This document shows, one piece after another, positions 13,823 through 26,239 of a stretch of DNA of 64,000 nucleotides. The number at the start of each line of letters is the position of its first letter. Position 1 is the stretch's first letter. A program made the position numbers and the translations under genes. The notes beneath the pieces are model-generated. The model was not told where the DNA came from. It saw only the letters and a program-made list of their open reading frames with translations, and ran no database searches. Source of the DNA: Botryllus schlosseri (lineage: Eukaryota); NCBI GenBank assembly GCA_051294905.1, contig CM119372.1, forward strand, positions 2,482,001 through 2,546,000, in the 5' to 3' direction.

Positions 13823-16800
13823 TCATTCCCGATCTGCGTCGTCAGCCTGCGAGTCATCTTCTGTCATCTCGCTCACGAAGTCATTCCAGCGTTGTAAGTC
13901 TAAAGATGAAATAAGACTAGCATCATATGCATCCTCGAGGTTTTCAAAAGATTCGAAATACAGTACAAGAAATATCGTGATGTGGATCACCAGGGAACAT
14001 ATGAAATTACAAATATCTGGCTGGAAATGTAATATTACTATGATTTAAATAGTGATAACTACTGATTGGCATTAACTGCAAGCCTCATTTTGAGGATAAC
14101 ATTTGCTCTGAGCGCTGAAAGGTATGGATGCAAATTGCCCCAAGATGGAAATATTTCAATGCCGTGAGGTTTCCGAAATCTTAAATACCATGCATGGTAT
14201 TATACCTATTACTATTCATGCACCCTTACAGAGTACCATCGGGCTCATAGTGCTTTTCTACCAGTTCTGATATAAGTGATATTTCGTTAATAATGTATAC
14301 CTTTTCTATGCATATAATAACACTTTCTCAGAAATCGAATTCGGCACGTTCTCTTTAGTTGCATAGGTGGTGAGTAACTAAGTAATTATAATTTTAGGAG
14401 TACCCAAGTTGGTCTTGCCTTTGCTCGCTCGATACCTATATTTGTAGCGTGATTAATAATTTTGCATTTTAGTCTTGAAGATGCAGGAATTAAAAAGGTA
14501 ACCAGGCTAACTTCTAAAAGTGTGCGACCACTCAACCCATTTTTTAAGCTACTGACCTGAGTGGTTTTTCAAACTCTCATTTTCTACTTACACTTGGATA
14601 ATTTTTGATATACATTGGAATTGTTTACTTCTATCTTAAATTGAGTAGGAATTTATGGCGATACTTTTGCCTGTTCTCCAGTAGCAATGCTGACTACTTT
14701 AACCACTTCTGTATATACAGTTTATTTGAATCGAATATGACCATTATGTCTATTAATGAGTTAAGATGCTGATTTAATGGGTTTTAGTAAAGCGATATCC
14801 TGTCAATCCCGATGCCACGAATGGAATTCAAGTTGGTACCTTCCTCTTGGTCTGGTATGGAGAGAAATTGCGGGTTCTCGTCTTCGGTTTCTGCTGGGTG
14901 TGGAAGGAAATCATGGTCAAAAATCGACTCCGACATGTCTTCTTCGAAATTGTTCTCGGGCTGCGCAAGAGGTAACAGGTAGGCTACATGTTAAAATGAT
15001 TGGTTCAAAGTCCTGCTCAATGGAGATCGCATCCGAAAACGTTCGAGTCAGGTATTCCCAACTTACGGCCAATGCCCCATTGCACCTTTATTCAGGGGGT
15101 CATGAAGAAATTTGAAAAAAAAAATCATTTCTATGAGTCTTCTCAGCTATAGATAAAAAATATTTTAACTTTAATAAAAATAGTAATACAGCAATAAGCT
15201 ACTACTTGATCTTCAGTGTATCCTCCTTCCTCCACCCACAAAACAGAAAGTAATGCATATTTAGAGCAAAAAATGCTCAACCACCACAGCACCTAAGTAT
15301 GTAGTAACTAGGGCGCTTTTTTGACCTAAAAACGGAATATTTTGACCTAAAAATCAAAATTTTGACATTTTTTGACTTTCAAAATCTAAATTTTGACCAC
15401 CAGATCTGACCTAACGTATGCAAATTAGGTGTTTTTGCACATACTGTTAAAATTGTACTACTTATATTCATTTCTGGTTGGAACTGTCTGCCCTTACGAA
15501 GTAGTTTGGCCTAAAAAAACTTTCTTGCCACAAAACCTAACAAATTTTTACATGAAAGAACTTTGTTTTAACGAAATATTGCCCTATGAATAATTCCAGT
15601 AGTTATATTACGCATAATGGTGAAAATAATTAAAAAAAATTGTAGTACTACGAAAGATACTTTCCTACATTCTCGGGTAGAAAGTCTCTGTCCTTACTAA
15701 GTAGTTTACCAAGAATGGAGACAGAACGTTCAACAACAGCAGTTGTTGGCTGACAACACTGAAGTTGTGCGTATACACTGCTGGTGACAAACCGTGTTGC
15801 TTCATTCTGGCAATGGTGTCTACATCACAATTTTCCATCATGCGCTTCTTGATAGCAGAACCATGCAATGCACATGCAGTCTTGCTTCAGTTGGGATATT
15901 GCGGTACGCTGAGCATAATACCATGTCAATCTATTTGTTTCATTTGAATGTTTATGATTCACATTGAGCAGACAATTGCCCGTCTACAACGATAGGCCTC
16001 TATATTAGGCTGCAAGCAGTAAAATGTCAAATGATAAGTTCACCGACAGTGCAAAATCTACGATACGAACGAAATGCAGGTTGCAAAAAAGTTTTAACTT
16101 TGTAAACAATTTTGACATTTTTCTACCTAACGCTACAATTTCAACATAATTTTGACTTTTTCTGACATGTCAAAAATAAAATCGCCCTACTAATAACTAA
16201 TTATTGTACGGTCATCTTTATTGTTTGTTGTAATTATATCATTTACCTAGGGTTACTTAGGGTTACCATATTTTGAGATCCGAAAAACGGGACGCTTTTG
16301 AAAACTCGTAAACTGATGAATTTCGAAATTATTCTACCAATAGTACAGTGTTGACTAAAACAAACATCATCATTCTGATCGACTCCCGAAGTTACCACTT
16401 TTCTACTCTGCCTACTAATTACGCCTAGGAGTCGACTTTTGGATGGCATTTTATTATTTTTTCTAAAATAAGAGGACAAATTCCCCCAAAGAGGACATTC
16501 AGGCGCCCTTAAAAGAGAATATATGGTAACCACTGCAATAACCATTCAATAATATTAATACAAAGTTTCCTAATTTATTCGAAGATCGAATAAAATAGGG
16601 AGGGATTGATTCTTCATTTTTAAAGGGACTCACTCGTGACAAGGTTGGGAACCATTGGTTAGGCAAAGAATAGGATCGATCGTTTCGGTCACAAAATCCG
16701 TCCGTGCACCAAGCGAATTCAATACAATACGGCACGTGCAATACGGCACTTTGGATGAATGAAATTAATGTTTGCGATCACGGGACTGTAAGGCTGTACA

Positions 16801-17166
16801 TGTAAATAAACTTTAAATTCTAAAAAAACATGAATGCGATTCTTAATTTCTCATATCATATCCGGATGACACCACTGAAAGCTTACCACTGGACGTGTGT
16901 TGTCTCCTAGGCCCGGTAGTTTACATTTTAAGTACCGTTTCAGCATCCTTTTTCCGTGCCTGTAATTTTACCGCGTAAAGTGATGCATCAATTTTTTAGG
17001 GCCGCTTCACTCCATTTTCATACCTTCTAATCGCTCTACGTGCGATTCTTCCAACTCTCCGAACCCTCACACGTACCCATCTCCTCCTCCTGCGGCCCCA
17101 TCCATAAGACAAGTCGATAAGTGTCAAACATATTAGCAGCAAGGCAAGTGTCGCCCGAAACTTCAT
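13823..17166 (-). CDS. Styelin-like Arg-rich antimicrobial peptide precursor, gene 2 (137 aa, 4 exons; tandem paralog of gene 1)
   Basis: Exons 17166-17024, 16959-16887, 14960-14840, 13899-13823; phases 2/0/1. Protein: MKFRATLALLLICLTLIDLSYG | WGRRRRRWVRVRVRRVGRIARRAIRRHGKRMLKRYLKCKLPGL-G | DNTRPVPENNFEEDMSESIFDHDFLPHPAETEDENPQFLSIPDQEEDLQRWNDFVSEMTEDDSQADDADRE. Exon length differences from gene 1 are multiples of 3. AATAAA at 13707-13712. Confidence 0.88.
15309..16189 (-). mobile_element. Deleted hAT transposon with a transposase dimerization-domain remnant (gene 2 intron 2)
   Basis: TIR TAGGGCG; remnant [23 protein letters not shown]. Absent from unit A; sister copy at 32483-33338. Confidence 0.8.
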
Positions 17167-17430
17167 CGTGATTAGATTCTGGTACCAAGACACAGTAAAG
17201 CGAATTACGTTACATCGCCAGTAGCTGCACCTATAGCCTAACAAAACTAACGGTAGGCCTAACGCATCTATCAGCCCCAGGAAAATGCGAACCTGTAGAT
17301 TGAGCTAACTTTTGATAACTCAAAACGTTTTCAAATGCTTATTTGGTGAACAAGAATGCCAATATCAGGCGGCATATTTCTAACACAATATTATACGATA
17401 ATCATGTCCGAGGTGCGTACGCACGAATGT

Positions 17431-17748
17431 GCCACGACAAGATAGCGTAATGGCGAAGCGTCCGGCTTCTTGATCGGTAGGTCATGTGTTCGATCCCCGG
17501 CCGAATCAAACCAAATGCCTGCTTAGTAACACTGGTTTCCATGGCTTACCCGCTCGGCACCCATGCATTACTGGGGTAGCGAGGAGGGGGGTGCAAGACT
17601 TTGAAAACCATACAGGCTATGTCTGCACGCTCTTTGGCCAGCGGCTTATGCACATCATGCACACAGGGTATGCAAATGCACAGAGCGTGTGTATGTATAT
17701 CATGAGTCGGTGTATATGCCGTAAAAACATCTAGGACTAAAATAAACT
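17431..17748 (+). mobile_element. tRNA-derived SINE inserted upstream of AMP gene 2
   Basis: A-box TAGCGTAATGG 17443-17453 and B-box GTTCGATCC 17488-17496. Absent from the paralogous position near 5462 in unit A. Confidence 0.7.
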
Positions 17749-18619
17749 ACGTCCTTCCCATGATAATCTAATGGCAAAAGACGCTAGATTCGTCCGAAAG
17801 TTTTTCGGTATTAAAATTGTCTACCCTAATAGGCTTTTACAAGAATTGAAACCTCCAAATTACCATAGTTTAGCAACATTCCTGGATGTTTTATATATTT
17901 GCCATCCATGTCGCTGGTTCACAATGCCACGACTACGAAGGTTGCTATATGGTTTGTTCGAGTTAAGACTTCTTTAATTGAAGTTTTGATTTCATTTCAA
18001 TCGGGTATCATTTGCCCTCAAATCGACGCAACTCATATATATAACGTAAGATAAAGCAGAATTGATTTTAATGTTAGAAAATAAGCTTTTACAGAACTTT
18101 GCTAAAACCAGCATTTGCGCAAATATATAGTACCTACAAATCACAACGTTTCGCGCCTTATTCGGACCCATATCTAAATTGCCATTTTTGCTGTATTCAC
18201 GACTGAATTTATACCTACGTCAGTCGGAAAAGGCTGTTACTCACGGTACACAGAATGGTGATGTTTATTTACGACTATATCAAATCAATGACCGACCACA
18301 TCAATATCATTCAGCGAGCATAGGAAGGAAGTTATCAGGGTTGTTTGTAGATGTTTGAAGTACATTGGTTTATATGGTCGAAGTCATATCACACGAAACC
18401 ACAACAAATCATATTAGACCACAACACAGCGTAAGTTTAATGCGATTTCTTTGTATCGCGGATGCATGAGATTTGGTTTGTAACCGTGACAAAATCCTTT
18501 AAACGTCCTTAAAATACATCGGAACAGAAGACGCTAATGCAATGAAACGACCCACCGAAGCTACACATTTGTTGCTAACTTGACATCCGGACCTAAACCT
18601 GGTCAACACACCAACACAT

Positions 18620-19046
18620 CAGAGATGAGCGGATTTGACATTTCCATATCCTAATCCAATCCAAATCCGAACCTTCAAATCCTAATCCAAATCCTAATCC
18701 GTAACTTTTTCATATTCAAGTCCATGTCCAATCCTAATCCGATTCCAACTGGAAATTCAGAAAAAATACTAATTTATGCAATGGAGGGATTCGAAAATTT
18801 TCTTTCACAACCAACGATTCACTTGATTCAAGATAACTTAGTAACCATAAGTAGATTAATACCTGATCTGAATAAATTTTGTCGCCATTCGCCACACGAC
18901 ATTTCAATCTCCCAGAAAATAGGTAAATCCAATCCAAATCCTAATCCGTTCTGAAAAAAATGTGTAATCCAAATCCAATCCAAATCCGACAAAATTTCAC
19001 AAATCCTGTTTTTTCAAAACCTAATCCTAATCCATGCTCATCTCTA
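18620..19046. mobile_element. hAT-type MITE with AATCC subrepeats
   Basis: TIR CAGAGATGAGC / GCTCATCTCTA; TSD CAACACAT/CAACACAG. Empty site in unit A at about 11045. Confidence 0.8.
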
Positions 19047-20246
19047 CAACACAGTTCCTGACTTCGCAATTCGCTTTTGTTATGATAGAACTATCGGGAA
19101 ATCATAACATATTGCAGTAGCCTACATATGCTTATTTGCTAACAGGTGGGATAGCAAGATCCTGTTGTAACAACCACGTGTTGTGTTGCGTGGTCTGCTT
19201 TTTTATATGTAAATGTAGAAAAGGAAGGATGTAGTTTGGTTAAGATATATAGGCCTATGCGCGCATTGTAACAGCAAACAGTATTTGATATCTGAGAAGT
19301 AATTATAGTCACCGAGTCAATAAGTATATATTGTAACCTTACAACGTTGTGATATCGGAATATCAAGCCGATACCGAAAAAAAACACGATATCTATCGCA
19401 GATTATAGTTACTTTGCCACTGATATGTTTTAACTAATGATATCGATACTATCAGCAAATCAAAAATCGGTTGGCCTGTAACCATAAATCCAGCGGTTCT
19501 TCCATCCTCATACAATGTACAATGCGATACACAAGACACAATGTCTTGTAATCAGGAGATTGGAGGATGACGAACCTATGAAGCACGGTGTCTCAATGTA
19601 ACATCCTCCCCACCTCGAGGTAAGAGTGCTAGATCTTTACCTTATATATTTCAGACACGCTCCTTTACCTTTTTTTCCTTGCTTCATTCCCCCTATAGCC
19701 GCGTCTTTCCGCGGACTACTCTGCAAATACGCCGTTGAACAGCGACTTATAGCGGATGTGGACCTCGGATAAACCTCCGACACTGCGAAATCTGCTACTG
19801 CTGAGAATCGAACTAGGATCTCGGCGGCGGCGGATTTAAAAACTATGCCCCCAACGGGGCGCGACCGACCGCGGTGATGGGTTAGCCTACACTAGGAGTA
19901 TTTTGTACGAGTAAGCGGTCCCTCTGCATGGAAGCTGCATCCCTCGAGAGTTATTTACAAGATTCTTCCAGCATGTGGTCAGTTTGGATCAAGAACTCCA
20001 GTAATCATTCTTCGTTAAACTGGTCCCGAGTCTGCGTTTTCCTCTCGCATGATCGATGTCAACACCCAACGGTCTCGACTAATGTGATTTGACACCCAAT
20101 ACAGCTGACTGAACTGTGAGCTGACCACACGAGCACAATTTACGCCGAGCACGCGGGACAAGTTTATTGGTTGTAAAAGTCAGTTATCATTATACAGCAA
20201 AGAATCTAATCAATTAAGAATCTGATCCACGCCTTGCATCATTTAT

Positions 20247-22213
20247 TTATTCGCGGTCCAGTCCTTCGTCCTCCGGTTTTCCCTCTTCCATTTCGCTAAC
20301 GGATTCTTGCCACTCATCTTAATACAAATGAAAGGTTAGCCATTTTCGTCATTCTACTTTGTGTTTGCAATAAAAGTGAAATAAACATATTCGTGGGGGC
20401 ATTTCCTCACACACAACCGCAAAATGCATATGTTACGTAGAATACGTAAAATTTTATAGGAATATATCACTGACCATGTGGATTTTTGTAGGGGATTGGG
20501 TTTTGTTCTAATGAACTAATTTGGGACAGGTAAATCTGAATCTTGCGTTATTTTGATTCTATATTTAGCCTCTATTTAACAACAACATTTGTTATGTTGC
20601 TGTTATACGCTCGCCGCGCTGTCACTACTGCAAGTAGCCTATATATTTGACGAATCTATGAAATTCGGAAAAATAGACATCGAAAAAATTTGACGTGGCA
20701 AAGTAGTTCAGAGCCCACAATTCGATTAAGGAACCAAAATATAGCCTAAAGCAGTGCTCTTCGACATTTCTCGGCATTCCACACCCCTTTAACATTCACA
20801 CAAAAGTCGCAAACCCGAAATCACAGAGCAATTTCACAAGTGTAGTGATTGCGACGCTCGTAGATACCTGGCATATCCACAAATTCTACCATATCCTCGC
20901 CCGGTTCATCTGGCTCTGAAAGGAAAAGTCGATCCGACACCGGTTCCATCAAATCTTCATCGTAATCCTGCTCGGTCTGCACAAGAGATTTCCGGAATTA
21001 ATCACGACGAGTTTGCATGATAATTAATATCCTTGCCACTAATTTATCAACGAGAAGGCTGTAAACCTCGATCGGTGGTATCACAGCAAGTGGAACATGT
21101 AGTTCAAGGCCACGCACGCTAGTGGTAATGACATAGCTGTGATGTCGTGATCGACCCATAGCATTGTCACAACGTGCAATGACATATTCATGTTCGAAAA
21201 ATAGCAGATTATCTTTAACGTGATGCAGAACTGGCATAGCATTATTTCTGATCGCATAAAATGTAAATTTTAGAACTTTCCACATCATTCATACTATAGT
21301 TTCTTTATAATGAGTTGAATAATTCGTTCGATCGATAGCAGAAGATATAGTTAATAATGAGATCTTGGTTGCTTATTTAACGTCTACTTCCAAAGTTATA
21401 TCTTATTTATCAAAAGAGCTGCTGGAACCCCGCTTCTTCATCAGGTGTGAGAGTGAAAATGACGCAAAAAGATTTTGAATTCAAACACAAACGTATATTG
21501 TCACATTATATAGCGAAGAGAACTTTCTGACCCGAAAAGTGTGTACATTAATGACGTCATTGACACTAAAATGAATGATATTCGAATCGAAGCCGAATAC
21601 TCGATCCAGAATCAAATCACTCAAGTACTCGATTTTTCCAAGAACTAACCAAATTGAATTGCGAAAATTCTAACTCTAGCAGTTCAAAATCAACCATGCA
21701 GTTTAATTCGGTAATTTTAGCCTGCAACTTAAAATGAGTTATGACAATCTACCATTTGCCGAGAGTCGTCTCCGAGTAGGGTGAGTGCCGGAAGGATATG
21801 AGGCGCTGCTTTTTTCAAGACACTTTTCGCGACATGTTTCACGATATGTTTCCCGTACCTGCAACAGATATAATATTACAACTTGGCATCTCTACGGTAA
21901 GTCGTATGATACAGCGAAGCATGTTGTTATATAGGATACGAAATCAATTTATTCATCAGATACTGCTTTTGATTATAGTAATACTTGATTCGTTCTATCC
22001 ACACTCGTGGAAATCTTAACAGGCGATTACTCTATTCTTTTATAATGCTTAATGAGGAGGTGTTGCCCTTCACTTTTTAACTGCTCCGCGAACGACTCGT
22101 TTAACTCCACCCCAGTGACGACGATGTCCTCTTCTCCTCCGCCGCCATCCGCATGACAAGTCTACTAGCAGCAGGCAAATGAAAATTGAAACAAGTGTCA
22201 AGCGAAACTTCAT
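20247..22213 (-). CDS. Styelin-like Arg/His-rich antimicrobial peptide precursor, gene 3 (141 aa, 4 exons)
   Basis: Exons 22213-22074, 21858-21753, 20976-20868, 20317-20247; phases 2/0/1. Protein: MKFRLTLVSIFICLLLVDLSCG | WRRRRRGHRRHWGGVKRVVRGAVKKYGKHIVKHVAKSVLKKAAPHILPALTLL-G | DDSRQMTEQDYDEDLMEPVSDRLFLSEPDEPGEDMVEFVDMPDEWQESVSEMEEGKPEDEGLDRE. AATAAA at 20163-20168. Confidence 0.87.
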
Positions 22214-24062
22214 GATAATTAATATCTGCTCAAGCCTGAAAATTCGTAACAAACAATATATAACAATTCACAAATCACAAACTGAATCAAGATCATAGTC
22301 ATGATGTTGATACGAGCTTGGTAGGCTGTTGCAAACTGCGGTGTAAGTTGCAATAGCACTACAAAACTTGTGTTCCAAAATGGAACCAATTCACCAACTT
22401 GATCTTACTCCGGGGCTTCTGAATACAGATACAGATCTTTGGTTGCATGTAGGTCTGACTAAATACTGAAGTTACCGGAAATTTATGTCGGAACCGGATG
22501 TGGCACTTTCTTCGAACTAAACATGCAACGCTTGCTATTGTTCTCACGTCACAGGACAGCCATATTATTTTTAATCGTACACAAAGAGAGTAATGAAGTG
22601 AATGTGTGTAGGCGGTAGTATAGACGGGTTGTCGCAAGGTCCAAATCGCAGATGCGGTCCCTTTTGATCGATGAGTCTATCTATGAAATCGATCATAGAT
22701 ATATATTATATAGCTATCGATGGTATAAAAAAGAGTTTGGCTATAGTTGGGTTAGTTTTGGGGCAGGAGCGGTAACAGTAATCAGTGTAGCTTAGGGTTA
22801 TCAAATATCATATGTCCTCCTTCAGACGGGATTCGCCTCCTTTTTCTAGAAAATCGAAAACGTCCTCCCCCGACGACGCCTAAATGACATTCTTTTTGGC
22901 AATTCGTCCTCCTTGAATGCTTTGACAGCCAGGCCACTGGGACAGGCTCAATTAAAAAAAAACGCCATAAAGTACTGGACGTTCGAGTATTATTATGAAT
23001 TGGGTCTTTTCGGGAATCGAATTAGTAAAATGATATTTTTTAGTCAACACGAAAGAATTTCTCGCAAAAACTTTCGAATTGGTCGTTTTCTCGTCAGGTA
23101 ATCCCACTTTTGTGATTTGTAAATAGCGTCCTCTTTTCCGCATCCCAAAATATGGTAAACCATTCTGTTGCTACTCAAATTAGAAGTAAAAGTAACGCTA
23201 TAGATATTTACTCAATAACAAGACCAACTAGAAATTTCAAACACGCGTCAAAACTACTTCAGGTAGAATTATGGAAAATGAATATTTGAAAGGTTCTCAA
23301 GTAAGCAGTTTCGAAAAGGTACATTTGTTCTGTGGTTCTCATACTTTTACCAGTTATTCTGAGGCGTCCACTTTCGAAATTATAGATGCATCTTCGCTGG
23401 TAACCCAGTATGACCAATGAAACCACAATTATAGGTCCAATATTCCGAAAACGTATTAGGTTACCATGGTATCATGATATCTTTACCTAGCTGTCATGAC
23501 ACACTTAAAATAGTGATACAAGCAAATCTACTTTATACTTTACAATATCCAAAGCGCTGTAACAGTAAAGTAGGAAATTATCAAAACACTTAACAACTTG
23601 AGTAAGTGTAGACACAACCTACACTTGCTTACTTGAAAAATCAGAAGTGCTTCGTTGCTGACACCTCTGGAGAGAGGTCAGATTAGCGCTTAAAGTATAA
23701 AATTGTGTAGAAATTGTCATGTGAAATTTCCTGCTATTCTGAACCATGCAAGACTGCAAATGATGATCTGACAACAGAATTATTCAGCGGAAGAACTATA
23801 TTGCTGTTGCGGGCTCCGCCCACGCGAGATACACAAATGTCGCGTTAGCTTGACGTGAATATTTTGCTTCCTACTAGATAAGTGTTTCTTCGCTATATTG
23901 TTGTTGCAGGCTCCTACCTCGCAAGATACACAAATGTCGTGATAGTTTGACGTAAACGAACCCACGGCATTTGCTTCCTATTAGAGAAGTGTTTCTTTCG
24001 ATCGTTCCTTCACCTTGAGCTGCCGTTACAATCGTATGCATTGTTCATCAGAACTGCAATGA

Positions 24063-24270
24063 TGTGGCGTGATAGCGTAGTGGCGGGGCCTACGATTATC
24101 GTAGGCCCCGGTAGTGGTATAATCCACAGCTACAACACCAATGGATTGCGGGTTCGATCCACCCGAGGTCGACTCCAGAATTCCTACCTAAGTGTTGGAA
24201 ATTTGTCTTGGCGTAGGCGGTGTCTTGAAAATCCGTGCCGTGCTACAAGTCGGCAGCTACGAAATTAAAA
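24063..24270 (+). mobile_element. tRNA-derived SINE with a hairpin insertion in its A-box
   Basis: A-box-like TAGCGTAGTGG, B-box GGTTCGATCC, A-rich end; homologous to 160-375. Confidence 0.6.
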
Positions 24271-24487
24271 AAATAAGAAATAACGGCTTGGTGTAAATGA
24301 CCATTGTAGTCGACAAACATTTTGAATACCACAAACAAACGCACAAACCATACGCTTGTCTTGAGCCTCCACAGGCCATTCGACACATCTTCTAATAAGG
24401 ACTGTTTCATCAGTACTATGCATACACAATACACATGATTCACGAACAATCATACTCTTTCCGTTATCGAATAAATCCCTGGACGAC

Positions 24488-26208
24488 TAGGGTTGAATTT
24501 AAAACCAGAGGTGGTGAAAGTAGTCAAGAAAGCTACTCAAGTAGAAGTAGAAGTAGCGACGATAAAATCTAATCAAGTACGATTAGAAGTACTTCTTCCG
24601 TAAGCATCCTAAAACTACTTGAAGTAGAAGTAGAATTGACTGACTTTAAAAGTACTCAAGTAAGTAAGTAGTTGTGAAAACGATTCTAATTCGTTGACAT
24701 GGATTGTAAAAAGGTGCAAATTGCGCTATGCGAATGGTGACGAGCTTGATTCATATTGATGCATTCCAGCAGGCAGGCCTATTCAATTTTCGATAGCATA
24801 AGCACTCGTCCACATCAGGGGATAAAAATGACAGAATTGATATGGAAATGCGATACTAATCCTCTGTTTTCTCGAACAGCACGTTCTAGAAAATAGCATG
24901 GTATGGCGCCATCCCCCATATTATAAGGCGGTGTAAACACTTTGCGCGATTAGTAAACGTTAATAAAAATATGGTGGACCGTAAAAATGCCATATTGTGT
25001 TGCTTTATTTCCGGAAATTGAAGGCATTACTACACTTGATTTTGTACTTCAACAATCAACGTGTATGTTATCCAGTCAAAAGAACTGATAGTAATTATAA
25101 ATCAAGGAATATGATACTGGGCACTGAAAGTGAAACATAAATACTACTTCTAACAGCGGAACATGTTTTACATGCTTTTAGTCCAGAAAGTTTCAAAGGT
25201 GGTATGCTAAAGCAGCTCTAAAACTAACAAAAAAGTTCGAGTCCACTTTTCCAGGTTAGGACGCGCCATGGACATGCTAGATTACGGTATGACAAGTAAA
25301 TGATAGATTGCGAAACATCAGTTTCAAACGTTGTGATGCGCCATACTGTGATGAATTATTTCATATGGGTGAAGGGCGACAATGTGGTATGAAGGCAGGG
25401 ATATCTAGATATCTAGTTCTAGATATCCCTTTGTGAACGGAACTACGCCAACCCGCTATTATAGTCATCGATACTATCGTGAAATCATACTGGTCACTCC
25501 GCATCCACTGCGCGAATTCTGGGCCTTACTCAACTTTTATGAAAATTAAATGTTGATACTCCGTGAAAACAGCCCTGAAATTCCTCAGGCTATCTTCCTG
25601 ATTGGAAGATTGAACTACTTCTACTTGATAAACTGAAAATAGCGAAAAGTAAGTAAGTAGATCACAAAATATTAGGAAGTAGAAGTAGAAGTAGCGAGAA
25701 TCAGATCTACTCGAGTAAGTACCAGAAGTAGAGGAAAACTACTTGGGTAATTTGAAAAAGTAGAAGTACTTCGTTACTGACCAACTCCGTTTAAAACATG
25801 AATCAATTTAAAACAAACATGTTTAAAACTAGGCCATACTTTAATACATGTTTTTTTTTCAAGCCATGACGTCACGAATATTCAATTGTGACGTCATAGC
25901 TGATTGGCATTGACAATTGAAAATATAATGTAAATATAGCTCCTTTGACGAAATATCTGTACTATTAATGTTGAACCGACTATTTTGAGGGTTCCAATCA
26001 TCCCATATCGATATACGTCGGCTATATCGGGTGGTAATTGTCCGTAGGCTTATACGACATGTCTTTGGAAAGTATTTACACAATTATGACATAATTTTAC
26101 AACTTGAAAAAACACATTTTTCTTAAAGGCTTTCGTTTAAAACACTGTGTTAAAAACATGTTTTAAATAAGGTGTTTCAAAACAATGTTTGTTTCAAATG
26201 CAACCTTG
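24488..26208. mobile_element. Nested hAT-type elements (outer 24488-26208, inner 24506-25789)
   Basis: Outer TIR TAGGGTTG / CAACCTTG with TSD TGGACGAC/TGGATGAC. Inner AGTAGA-rich element has perfect TSD TTTAAAAC. A short uninterrupted relative of the outer element lies at about 38498-38588. Confidence 0.75.
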
Positions 26209-26239
26209 TGGATGACGCTTTTCACTAACGCAATAATTA

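Larger units (their letters stand above)
13630..19770. repeat. Segmental duplication unit B (contains AMP gene 2)
   Basis: Direct-orientation paralog of 1890-11800. Boundaries approximate. Confidence 0.85.

Noticed and set aside
17443..17500. tRNA gene
   Set aside because: A and B boxes are present, but no convincing cloverleaf was seen. It continues into a 250-bp body and is an insertion relative to the paralogous unit, so it is a SINE.
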